Below, piece by piece: positions 27,112-35,529 of a stretch of 64,000 nt of DNA; position 1 is the stretch's first letter, and every line of letters begins with the position of its first letter. Below the pieces are notes generated by a model that had not been told where the DNA came from, ran no database searches, and saw only the letters and a list, made by a program, of their open reading frames with translations. The stretch is from a virus. The stretch lies in IMG/VR virus record IMGVR_UViG_3300031772_000003, positions 32,001-96,000 of that record; one strand, 5' to 3'. Position numbers and translations under genes: made by a program.

Positions 27112-27823
27112 GATCGGGATCGGTGCCAAAGACCGCCTCCTCGTACAAGGCTGTGAGAGCCGCGGCTTCATCCACCCTTCCCATCTTCGGCTCCCTGCAC
27201 TTGGGGCACACCGGGGTCTGGCCGATTGGAGCGAGGACGGTGGTGCCGCAGTTGGGGCAGACCCACCGCTTCTGATTCGATACCGCATTGGCGTTGGGTA
27301 TGGGTGCGACCTCGGCCACAGCGGCCTCACAGAGAGCCTCCGGGGGCATGCCTGCGAGGAGCAGATCGAACGATTCGAGGCCAAGCCGCTTCTTGACGAC
27401 GCCCATGATGTAGGCCCACTTATCCCCAACCTTGGCCTTCTTCTGTGCAGGCAGGCCATCGTACCGTTTCGCCGTCTCATCCCAATACCGCTTCACCACG
27501 GGCAGGGACTTACCCGCATCCTTGGCGAGGCTGCGGACGTTGGCGGGGGGGCTGAGGCCCTTGCGCTTCTTCTTGGCTTCACTGGGCCCAGCAGGCTCTA
27601 GTTCCCTATCGAGGGCGGAGCAGCGCCAATCCACCCCATTGAGTACCACATCGACACAGTTGAAATTGCCCCCACGTCCTCTGACTGGGGGTACATCGAC
27701 CGCTCCTATGATACCTGCCATACCCGCAGGGAGAATCACGGATGGCCGCCCCGCGTACCCAGAGTAGTAGGGTACACGATCTATTCGCAGCCGAACGCGA
27801 TCTCCGACTCTGAACTTACTCAT
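27062..27823 (-). CDS. Modular putative head protein (SH3-like + helical + Zn ribbon); start revised to ATG 27823
   Basis: KFRVGDRVR; SLAKDAGKSL..VKRYW...WAYIMGVVKKRLGLES; CPNC...CPKC; GAGGAA RBS. Confidence 0.6.
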   Translation of the reverse strand: MSKFRVGDRVRLRIDRVPYYSGYAGRPSVILPAGMAGIIGAVDVPPVRGRGGNFNCVDVVLNGVDWRCSALDRELEPAGPSEAKKKRKGLSPPANVRSLAKDAGKSLPVVKRYWDETAKRYDGLPAQKKAKVGDKWAYIMGVVKKRLGLESFDLLLAGMPPEALCEAAVAEVAPIPNANAVSNQKRWVCPNCGTTVLAPIGQTPVCPKCREPKMGRVDEAAALTALYEEAVFGTDPDHAAPRRGAVGDAVPHP

Positions 27824-27830
27824 TCGTTCC

Positions 27831-28223
27831 TCACGACCCCACAATACCTTCGCGGGGGTGTTCGGGGTACTGGACACGGGTGATCCATACGTTCCCCGTT
27901 GCCTCCGCGGGGGTGCCGGGCATGGCGGTTCCCGTTGCCACCTCAATGCCTACGTACTTCCGGGCCGAGGTGGTGAGAATGGCTACGCGGGCATGCCCCA
28001 CAAGCGTCATTTGGAGCAGACCTGATGCGGCAGTTGTGGAGAATGGTAGGTCATCCCATGTCCCCGTTGCTCCCGTGTCACTATCGCCAAGGGCGAATGT
28101 GACAGGCGTAGCGTCTTTGTTCTGAATGAACAGGGCGACCCCACTGACATCGAATGGGTAGTCATAAGGCCAGATGTAGTCACCATGGACGTGGATGAGT
28201 TCACGAGAAGTTGGCAGATTCAT
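27831..28223 (-). CDS. Hypothetical beta-rich protein (intact copy B2)
   Basis: Clean ORF; N-terminal 46 aa are duplicated at 29036-29200. Confidence 0.65.
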   Translation of the reverse strand: MNLPTSRELIHVHGDYIWPYDYPFDVSGVALFIQNKDATPVTFALGDSDTGATGTWDDLPFSTTAASGLLQMTLVGHARVAILTTSARKYVGIEVATGTAMPGTPAEATGNVWITRVQYPEHPREGIVGS

Positions 28224-28231
28224 CGGTTACC

Positions 28232-29023
28232 TCACTGTTCGTAAGTATTAGACCAAAGCTCCTGTCCATCAGGACCGGAGACTCGAATGAGCGCACTGGA
28301 CCCATCCTCTGAGCCGATGACATCAATCTCAAGGCAGTCCGCCACACCACCCCTATCACGGGCTTTCACCCGAATAGTCATCTGTCCCGACCTGCTTCTA
28401 GGTCCTGTAGCAGCCTTACGCTGCCCATCTACGTCTACAGTGACCCAAGCTGGGCGGACAAACTGGATTTCTGTGAGAGGCTCTTGTTCATCAAGCCCCG
28501 TCTCTTGATCCTTATCTGTCACCCTGAGCATAGGGGGGCGTTTGATACAGAGGACATGATCAACGGCTTCTTCGATAGGGTCATGACGCATTGACATTCC
28601 CTCTTTGGGTTTTCTACCGAACGGGTGAATGAAGTCCCTACTGGCGGGGCAGGGGATGTCACTTGCATGGTACTTGGCGTGCGGGGGTGCCATGCCCCAC
28701 TTATTGAGGTGGATCGTCTGCCCGCACTCCGGGCACTTGATCCATTCCCCGTCAGCGCTCCGGCGCTCCATGGCTTCTTCGATGGGGTCTTTACGGCTTT
28801 GCATTGGACTAGACTCCCCGACACCACGGCGTCTCCCTGCCTTACTGGGGCGGGAGAACACGAGTAAGTCCGGCGACGACTGCTCTATTTTCCACCCCGC
28901 TGCTTGGAGCCGCTCCGCTTCATCGAAGCCCTGTGACGTTCGGAGGTCAACCCTGCGATACTCGTAATCGCCGGGCATCCTGGGATAGCTGGGGTCCATT
29001 TCTTCAATTGGGTCACGAGGCAT
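28232..29023 (-). CDS. Putative internal head protein with three DPIEE modules (copy A2)
   Basis: RDPIEEMD, KDPIEEAME, HDPIEEAVD; C-terminal domain paralogous to 29197-29538. Confidence 0.6.
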   Translation of the reverse strand: MPRDPIEEMDPSYPRMPGDYEYRRVDLRTSQGFDEAERLQAAGWKIEQSSPDLLVFSRPSKAGRRRGVGESSPMQSRKDPIEEAMERRSADGEWIKCPECGQTIHLNKWGMAPPHAKYHASDIPCPASRDFIHPFGRKPKEGMSMRHDPIEEAVDHVLCIKRPPMLRVTDKDQETGLDEQEPLTEIQFVRPAWVTVDVDGQRKAATGPRSRSGQMTIRVKARDRGGVADCLEIDVIGSEDGSSALIRVSGPDGQELWSNTYEQ

Positions 29024-29035
29024 CCGAAAGACTCC

Positions 29036-29200
29036 CTAATCAAAGTACTTACTAACCACATTGCCAAGAGCGAAGGTGACGGGAGTAGCATCCTTGTTCT
29101 GAATGAACAAGGCAACCCCACTGGCATCGAATGGATAATCATAAGGCCAGATGTGGCTGCCGTGGACGTGGACTTGATCACGAAGGGTTGGCTGGTTCAT
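29036..29200 (-). pseudogene. Truncated/chimeric copy (B1) of the 27831-28223 gene
   Basis: HVHG..IWPYDYPFD.SGVALFIQNKDATPVTFALG followed abruptly by NVVSKYFD stop. Confidence 0.65.
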
Positions 29201-29538
29201 TGCTCGTAAGTCTCCGACCAAATGACATTGTTGTCGGGCCCGACGACTTGGACCTCGGTCGTCTCCCTGTCGGCGTTGACGAAGACGTTGAGGCACTGCT
29301 CGATCTGGCCGCGGTTGCGGACCTGAAGACTGATGCCCATTTCGCCCTCGCGCCCTCCGGGACCCGTGGCGCATCTTTGGACCCCATCGGCGACGACGGT
29401 AACCCATGCGGGCCTCACCGCCTCGTCAAGTGGCCCAAGTCCCGTCTCCTGATCCCCCTCACGGACACGGAGCATGTGGGGGCTTCGGATACCCAGCACA
29501 CGGTCAACGGCTTCCTCAATCCAGTCACGCTTTGACAT
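29197..29538 (-). CDS. Putative internal head protein (copy A1)
   Basis: MSKRDWIEEAVDRVL...DQETGL...VRPAWVTV...WSETYEQ. Confidence 0.65.
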   Translation of the reverse strand: MSKRDWIEEAVDRVLGIRSPHMLRVREGDQETGLGPLDEAVRPAWVTVVADGVQRCATGPGGREGEMGISLQVRNRGQIEQCLNVFVNADRETTEVQVVGPDNNVIWSETYEQ

Positions 29539-29556
29539 TGCTCTCTCTCTCTTCGG

Positions 29557-31455
29557 TTACCGGAAGTACTTGGCGATGACGGTCCCGATCTTCGCCACGT
29601 CCGTGGGCTCAGGGGTCGGCATTGGAGGCATCGGCTCGGGGGCCGGTTCCCTATGGGGGGGTGGGGCCACCGGGCTGGGCGGCATCGGGGGCATAGGCGG
29701 CATCGCCTCGTCCTCAATCTCCTCCTCCCCCTTCGGGGGAGGAGAGCCCGCGGCTAGAGCAGCGGGGAGTGAATCGGAGAGGTCGGACTCGAATCCCTCG
29801 TCCGCGGCGGCCTGAAGCGCCTTGGACAAGGCGTCGAGCTTCAGCACGATCTCCTCGCCCTTCTTGGTCGTGATCTTCAATGCCCCTGCATCCTGGAGGC
29901 CGCCCACGAGTTTGCCAAGATCGCCCTTGAGCCCAAGCTCCTCATGGGCAGACTGGAGTTTGGTGTTGAAGTCAGCAAAGGAGCCGCACCATGTCTTGGT
30001 CTCGGCTTCTACTAGCCCCTCGCCCAGGTGACGGACGGTGACGATGCACCAACGGAGGGGGCCACGTATTAGACCAACAACCGTCTCTCCTCGGGATACG
30101 ACCGTAGTGCCCCATGCACCCCCCGCAGATTTGGTTTGAAACCCCTTATCCCGAAGGGCGTCAATCGCATCCTCCACGTCCAAGTGGACCTTGAAGTAGT
30201 CACTGCCGCCCTCGTGGATTTCAACTCCCATTCCCTGGAACAAGTACCGAGCGGACTTGAGCGAATCCACCTGCCCCGCTGAAACCGGGAGTGCCTCGTT
30301 GCAGGACTCAGTGATGGCGGGACCCCAGAGGTCATCGGCATTGCAGGCAGCCGCGGCGTTGCAGATGGAGCATTGGGATTCCGTAATCCCCTGCCGCTCG
30401 ACCCACCTGCCGAGCTTGTGGCCGTGCGCCGCAGCAACAGCCTCAGCAACGGAGAGGAGAGATTCGGTGAGGGGGTTATCAGCAGCATGGGACACCACCG
30501 CCTCACCCGTATGTTTCAGCGGGATTCCTTGTGCCTGTTTGTTACGGCATTGGTTGCAGAGCCCTTTGCCAGCGCATACGAGGCAACCCGGCACCCCACA
30601 AGTACTGCCACAACCGGGGCAGCCCCGCTTGCGCTCAGTCAGCCTTCCCTCCGGCACCGTGACGTTGCAGAAGTAGCAGTAGTTCGTGGGATCGAGGGGG
30701 CCGCTGCACGTGGGGCAGAGCCGTGCCGCTTTGGATTCGCGGCGCAGTGGCCGTGGGGGGCCCAACCGATCGGGACCAATCTGTGTGGTGATGAGGCGCA
30801 GGATCGCAATGGTCGCCGCCTTGGGGTCCATGCGGCCCTCGGCCACGGCATGGACGATGGGGCCGATCTTGTCCTCCATAGGGCCGTCTTCAGTGAGCCT
30901 GTTGTCCGGGACGTCTTCCTTGCAGAGGATGCAGCGGTTGGCGACCATCGGGGACTTGCAGTTGGGGCAGAGGTGGGCGGCCTGGGACTCTCCAAGGAGC
31001 CTGCCCACGGCCTGCTCCAAGTCCTCGCCCCGCTCCACGGCGGCGATGGCCTCGGCCACAATGCCCTCGGCGCTCTCATCGAGGGGTACGACATCGGTGC
31101 TGCTGCACCGCGCGCACTTCCCGGCTTCACCCAACCACTTGGCCCCACACTTCTGGCAGCCTGCAGCCAACGGGGGCTTCGCCCCGACCGGAGCCGGGGG
31201 CGAGGAGGGGAGACCCCCGGCTGCCGGTGGGGCCGGGGCCACGGGCCCCGTCGGTGGACGGCCTGGGACGCGGGGCCGAGGGGGCCTGCCTGCACCCTCG
31301 GGCTCCTCGGCACCCGCCTCTGGCGGTGCGAGTATGGCGGTGAGGTTGAACTTGGTCCCGCACTTGGGGCACACCAGAGTCGCCGCCTCCGTGAGGTCGA
31401 AGGCGTCGAATGGGGACGCGACGTTGCAGTGCGGGCAGGCCACGGCTGGACTCAT
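29557..31455 (-). CDS. Multi-Zn-ribbon modular protein, putative prohead-protease-processed internal protein; start revised to ATG 31455
   Basis: About six CxxC-based modules separated by LxE motifs; AGGAG RBS at 31463-31467. Confidence 0.65.
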   Translation of the reverse strand: MSPAVACPHCNVASPFDAFDLTEAATLVCPKCGTKFNLTAILAPPEAGAEEPEGAGRPPRPRVPGRPPTGPVAPAPPAAGGLPSSPPAPVGAKPPLAAGCQKCGAKWLGEAGKCARCSSTDVVPLDESAEGIVAEAIAAVERGEDLEQAVGRLLGESQAAHLCPNCKSPMVANRCILCKEDVPDNRLTEDGPMEDKIGPIVHAVAEGRMDPKAATIAILRLITTQIGPDRLGPPRPLRRESKAARLCPTCSGPLDPTNYCYFCNVTVPEGRLTERKRGCPGCGSTCGVPGCLVCAGKGLCNQCRNKQAQGIPLKHTGEAVVSHAADNPLTESLLSVAEAVAAAHGHKLGRWVERQGITESQCSICNAAAACNADDLWGPAITESCNEALPVSAGQVDSLKSARYLFQGMGVEIHEGGSDYFKVHLDVEDAIDALRDKGFQTKSAGGAWGTTVVSRGETVVGLIRGPLRWCIVTVRHLGEGLVEAETKTWCGSFADFNTKLQSAHEELGLKGDLGKLVGGLQDAGALKITTKKGEEIVLKLDALSKALQAAADEGFESDLSDSLPAALAAGSPPPKGEEEIEDEAMPPMPPMPPSPVAPPPHREPAPEPMPPMPTPEPTDVAKIGTVIAKYFR

Positions 31456-31465
31456 CAGCAAACTC

Positions 31466-31699
31466 CTAGCTTTCCCACTGACTCGATGGGCCGTAGGGCA
31501 GGGCCTCACGGGCATGAATGAGGTTGGAGCGGAACTCTCGCATTGCCATTGACATCGTGCTGTCACCCGCCGCGGTCTCGTAGACGTAGGTGCGGTCGAT
31601 CAAGAATGAGAGGGTACGGCGGACGCATGCCAAGTCCTCATCGGGTACATCCGCTTCACTGAGCAGATGATCCACGGCTTCCTCGATGAGGTCTCGCAT
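31466..31699 (-). CDS. Small putative internal head protein
   Basis: MRDLIEEAVDHLLSEA...; TGATG overlap with the upstream stop. Confidence 0.6.
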   Translation of the reverse strand: MRDLIEEAVDHLLSEADVPDEDLACVRRTLSFLIDRTYVYETAAGDSTMSMAMREFRSNLIHAREALPYGPSSQWES

Positions 31700-32313
31700 C
31701 AGATCACTCCTGGCTCGGCGTCGCCGGCCATCGGCACCTCGATGTCCACGAGCCCCATAGGCTCCACGGCCTGGGGAACATTGGATGTCTTGGTCAGGGT
31801 CAGGGCCCACCCCGTCTTTTCCTCCCCACCGGTCTGGGCCGCCTGGACATCGAAGCCTCTGGTCTTAGCATACTGGGAGAGGGTGTCAAGGACGCTTTGT
31901 GACACATCGGGGTAGAAGTAGAGGACGATGACGGAGTTATCGACGCTGAGGTCAGCCCCCGCATATTGGGGCAGGACGCGGAGGCCGTTGATATGCAGCA
32001 TGAAGTCATCGAGGTCGCGGCCCAGCGGCGTCTCCCGCTTGTCCTCATCCCCCAGCATCGCCTCGGTCCTCAAGAGGACCCCCACCGCAGTGGCCGCGGT
32101 CATGCGGCCCTCCACGAGGGCCTCCACAACGGCCTCAACATCCACGGGAGCCATGAGGTCGAGTCCGCATGAGGGGCATCGGCGGGGGTAGCGGCCGGGG
32201 TATCGGGGGACACGGAGCCCACAGGATCGGCAGGTGTGGTGAAGCCGCTCGGGGTCGAGCCTACGGTCGTAGGCCCGGTACATACCGGGCGTCAGGCGTA
32301 CCTGTTTGGACAT
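31699..32313 (-). CDS. Zn-ribbon protein, first gene of the putative late block; start revised to ATG 32313
   Basis: CRSCG...CPSCG; AVVEALVEG...LLRTEA; GAGGAG RBS. Confidence 0.65.
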   Translation of the reverse strand: MSKQVRLTPGMYRAYDRRLDPERLHHTCRSCGLRVPRYPGRYPRRCPSCGLDLMAPVDVEAVVEALVEGRMTAATAVGVLLRTEAMLGDEDKRETPLGRDLDDFMLHINGLRVLPQYAGADLSVDNSVIVLYFYPDVSQSVLDTLSQYAKTRGFDVQAAQTGGEEKTGWALTLTKTSNVPQAVEPMGLVDIEVPMAGDAEPGVI

Positions 32314-32319
32314 GCACGT

Positions 32320-32349
32320 TCTCCTCGCATAGATCATACTGCGAGGAGA
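32320..32349 (-). promoter_or_regulatory. Perfect 10-bp hairpin occluding the RBS, with TATGAT in the loop
   Basis: TCTCCTCGCA-GTATGATCTA-TGCGAGGAGA-acgtgc-ATG on the minus strand. Confidence 0.6.
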
Positions 32350-32358
32350 CGAGATGCG

Positions 32359-32823
32359 TTAGCTGAGGATGGATTGGATAGCGGCAAGGCAGGAAGGGGA
32401 GAGGCGGAACCGCAACTCCGGCTCAGCGGCCCATAGCTGAACTATCCCATCGGGGTTGATGCTGAAGCTGGCAGCGGGTGAGCATACCACCCGCTCCCTG
32501 TCGGAGACTCGGATGCACTCCATCCCGATACGCACCACCCCATCGCTCCCCGCGAGGGGGGCATCGACTTCGTCCACAAGCAGGCCGGGGCATGCTGTCT
32601 CGATTGCTTGCGCAATGGCTCGCTCGCGCTCCGTTGCGGGGCCTGGGGACCACCCGTACCCATCAAGATAGTTGTCCGCCTCGGCCTCGGTGAGGCCCGG
32701 CAGCGCCGCCACAACGTCGTGCTGCTTGTCCCCTGTGTGCAACCTCGCAGAGGACAAGGAACCCTCGGGGGAAAAAATGAGGCTTAGCGTATCACCGTTG
32801 GCCCTGTGGAACTCAAGCATCAC
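32359..32823 (-). CDS. Hypothetical protein
   Basis: ORF with AGGAGG RBS. Confidence 0.6.
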   Translation of the reverse strand: MMLEFHRANGDTLSLIFSPEGSLSSARLHTGDKQHDVVAALPGLTEAEADNYLDGYGWSPGPATERERAIAQAIETACPGLLVDEVDAPLAGSDGVVRIGMECIRVSDRERVVCSPAASFSINPDGIVQLWAAEPELRFRLSPSCLAAIQSILS

Positions 32824-32854
32824 GTCCCTCCTTCAGCAGGCCCTCCGCAGCGCG

Positions 32855-33949
32855 TCAGTTCTCCTTCCCTGTAAGTCGCTCGGGCCTGTAGGTCTCCCGC
32901 ATCCACGCCCGAGCCCCCAGGGTAGTCTTGCCGGCCCGCCGCAGAAACAACCACGGAGAGAGTGGGGTATCCTTCACTGCCGCGGCAAAGTCCTTCTGGC
33001 TCGGGGCGTCGTGGTGCAGGGTCCACAGTGCCTCCGCGCCGGCGGCCATGCGCTCGACCCTCAACTCATAGCCGGCGATCCTCGCCGCGAACTCCGGGAA
33101 GTAGCCCTTGATCTCCGCGGTGTCTCCGAGCAGCGCGAGGCGGGCGAAGTGCTTCTCCTTCTCGCCGCTGCCGGCATTGACGGCGTGGAAGATAGCGAGA
33201 TAGCTTGGGTCCTTCACCTTGATCCTGTTGCAGGCCCCATCACGTACCACGTAACCCTCAGATAGAGGAGGCAGGGTAGAGAATGATGCTTGTAGCGCCT
33301 CCAAGGTCCGGGGCAGATCGTAGCGGCACGGGCGGCTGAAGGGCCACTCCACTGCGTGCTCAGCCCCTAGCAGTTCTACCTGCCGCCGCCGGTCCATTAA
33401 AGCCAACAAGTACAGGTCCTCGCAGTCGTACCTTGTGACGATGCGATTGTAGGGCCCCACGTACTCGCAGATGAAGCAGTGGTCCTCATTCTCGTCGGCA
33501 AAGAGGCCGTCAGGCGAACCGCCAGTCTCGCGCTCTATGAGAGCCAAAACACACGCCCTGAAGGTGCCCGGTGCATCGCTGAAACCTCCCTCCGCATCCA
33601 GCGTCCCTCGGGTATGGAACGTCCAGTGCTCGCCGTCACGGTAGAAGACGATGAGCGAGCCGTCTACCTTCTCCTCGACCGCGGCGGTCGCCCAGTCGAT
33701 CTTGGCGGCTTGGCCCTCATGGGCGTTGTAGAACCGCTTGAAGCTCATGCTCAACACATCGAAGGACGGCAGGGCCAGCATCAGGGCCCTGCACTCGCCG
33801 TACATGCCGCCCTTCGGGGTATCGAGACCGTAGTTGAGCAGAGCCCGTCTGCCATCAGTCACCACGACGACGCCGTGGGGGGGCTGGCGGATCGCCTCAA
33901 GCGCGACTCGTGGAGTGGGGAACGAGCGCAGGAAGTCCTGGACGATCAT
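32855..33949 (-). CDS. RNA ligase, T4 Rnl1-like; start revised to ATG 33949
   Basis: ECRAL.L, KRFYN..E, EEKVDGSL (motif I), HTRG, EGYVV (motif IV), RIKVK (motif V). Confidence 0.88.
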   Translation of the reverse strand: MIVQDFLRSFPTPRVALEAIRQPPHGVVVVTDGRRALLNYGLDTPKGGMYGECRALMLALPSFDVLSMSFKRFYNAHEGQAAKIDWATAAVEEKVDGSLIVFYRDGEHWTFHTRGTLDAEGGFSDAPGTFRACVLALIERETGGSPDGLFADENEDHCFICEYVGPYNRIVTRYDCEDLYLLALMDRRRQVELLGAEHAVEWPFSRPCRYDLPRTLEALQASFSTLPPLSEGYVVRDGACNRIKVKDPSYLAIFHAVNAGSGEKEKHFARLALLGDTAEIKGYFPEFAARIAGYELRVERMAAGAEALWTLHHDAPSQKDFAAAVKDTPLSPWLFLRRAGKTTLGARAWMRETYRPERLTGKEN

Positions 33950-34149
33950 TGTGGCTCCAACGTTGCGATGCGGATCACCAAGTCCTCGTCCTCCCAACCC
34001 TCGTGCTAGCGGCGGCGAGGGGTTCGAGAAGAGGTGACGACGTTGGGGTGAGGGCCGCAATGGATGTTGTGGTAGGAGGGACGGGAGCTCTTGGGTTTGT
34101 CCCCGGCGCGAGCGGCTCGGCCCTTCTCGTATGCGCAGCGACGGTTCAC
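33946..34149 (-). pseudogene. Probable decayed Rmf/CrpP-fold gene with an in-frame TAG
   Basis: AYEKGRAARAGDKPKSSRPSY...RRR*HEGWED; TAG at 34006-34008 where Trp would fit; stop is coupled to the ligase ATG. Confidence 0.4.
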
Positions 34150-34300
34150 GAGCCATCCTCCAACGTCAGGATGCCGGCGATGTCGGTGATGTTGATGTCG
34201 CAGAAGGTCCGAACAGATTCTCGGAGAGCGAGACTCCCTTGGCCTCGCTCTCCCGGTCGACTCTCGTCACCAACGAGCGCGTGGCCAAAAGGTGCCACTG

Positions 34301-34723
34301 TCACTTGCCATGCTCGGTCTCCTTCTTCGCGGCTCGGTAAGCCGTCTCAGCGTCCCGCAGAGCCAAAATCTGCACGGAGAGGCACCCGTCGACCGCAGCG
34401 CAGTAACCCCGCGCCAGCGCCGACGCGGCGAGCAGGGCCTCGACCGCCGCAGACATTCCCTCGCGCGTGACAGGGCCAGCCCCAGTCGCCACTGCGTAGC
34501 TGGTGATCCGCTCCCAACAGATGGCATTCTCCGCCGCCAACCCGTTGCGGACGGCCTCCAGGTGTGCGACCCGCGCCCGGAGCGCGTCTGCGGCGTGGGC
34601 CTCCGCGAACAACTCCTTCGCGTACTCCTCAATGAAATCATCACCTTCTTCAAGCCGCTTGAGCAGATCAGCGTCCATCGGCAGCCTCCTTCTCGGCAGC
34701 GCGGTAAGCTGCGATGAATCCAT
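34301..34723 (-). CDS. Hypothetical coiled-coil protein (true start probably 34678)
   Basis: Packed ORF; C-terminus related to that of the 34668-35492 ORF. Confidence 0.5.
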   Translation of the reverse strand: MDSSQLTALPRRRLPMDADLLKRLEEGDDFIEEYAKELFAEAHAADALRARVAHLEAVRNGLAAENAICWERITSYAVATGAGPVTREGMSAAVEALLAASALARGYCAAVDGCLSVQILALRDAETAYRAAKKETEHGK

Positions 34724-35492
34724 TCAAGACGCACCGATGGGAACTTGACTCCCAATCGGAGTCCAGTGTGAACTTCGCCAGCGCCGACGCGGCGAGCATC
34801 ATGCGCGCGTGGGAGCCACTATCCGGAAGCGCCGACAGCGCGGCATCCGCAATCGTCTTGGCGTGCCCATAGAGGCCAGGGCGCAAGCCGGGGACAACCC
34901 ATTTCTCTGCCGCAATGTCTTGAAGGGCCGCCGTCAGCCTCTGGCACTCGGCCTCCAGTTCCTTGACCCGCCCCTCAAGCGCTCGCATCGGGTGCTTCGC
35001 ACACTGACACTGGGTGTAGTGTTCCTGCGGTGCTGCACTTGTCGGGTGTCCTTTGATCATCATCCCGCACCAAACACAGATGGTCGTGGCCTTGGGGCAT
35101 TGCCTGCTGTGAGCCAGGTAATCCTGCAGAGCGCTCCCGATTTCATTCAGATCGGCTACCGCGAACAGAGCGCCACAAGGGCAACGGAATCCCATGGGAC
35201 TGTGGTGCCACTTCTCCAGTTCAGCCTCCACGGTCTCAAGCCGCCCCCGCAGGGCAGCCATCGGGTGCTTCTCGCAGTGCTCGATGTGGTCCTGCATCAA
35301 CGGGCCGTCGACGGGGCCGGGAACTCGGATGCCGCAGAAGCCGCAGTGGCTGCCCCACGTCACCACGGGGCAGTGCTTAGCGTGTGCCACATAGGCGTCT
35401 ACCGCGGCCACGATACCATGGGGTGGCGGGCCGATCTCGAACTCGGCTCCGCATGCACACCGATAGCCGCACGCCTTCTGCTCGGTCTCCAC
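34668..35492 (-). CDS. Protein with a duplicated Cys/His Zn-binding unit and coiled coils
   Basis: Two copies of CxCGA.F...H...CP....C..CG....H...C.KHPM.AL.GR. Confidence 0.6.
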   Translation of the reverse strand: METEQKACGYRCACGAEFEIGPPPHGIVAAVDAYVAHAKHCPVVTWGSHCGFCGIRVPGPVDGPLMQDHIEHCEKHPMAALRGRLETVEAELEKWHHSPMGFRCPCGALFAVADLNEIGSALQDYLAHSRQCPKATTICVWCGMMIKGHPTSAAPQEHYTQCQCAKHPMRALEGRVKELEAECQRLTAALQDIAAEKWVVPGLRPGLYGHAKTIADAALSALPDSGSHARMMLAASALAKFTLDSDWESSSHRCVLNGFIAAYRAAEKEAADGR

Positions 35493-35529
35493 CCCTTAGT
35501 CTCCTCATGTCCCTCCACCCCTAATCAAG

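Noticed and set aside
26861-33000. Portal and terminase genes expected upstream of the protease
   Set aside because: No ORF with suitable size or motifs is present. They presumably lie outside the window, so their absence is not claimed as biology.
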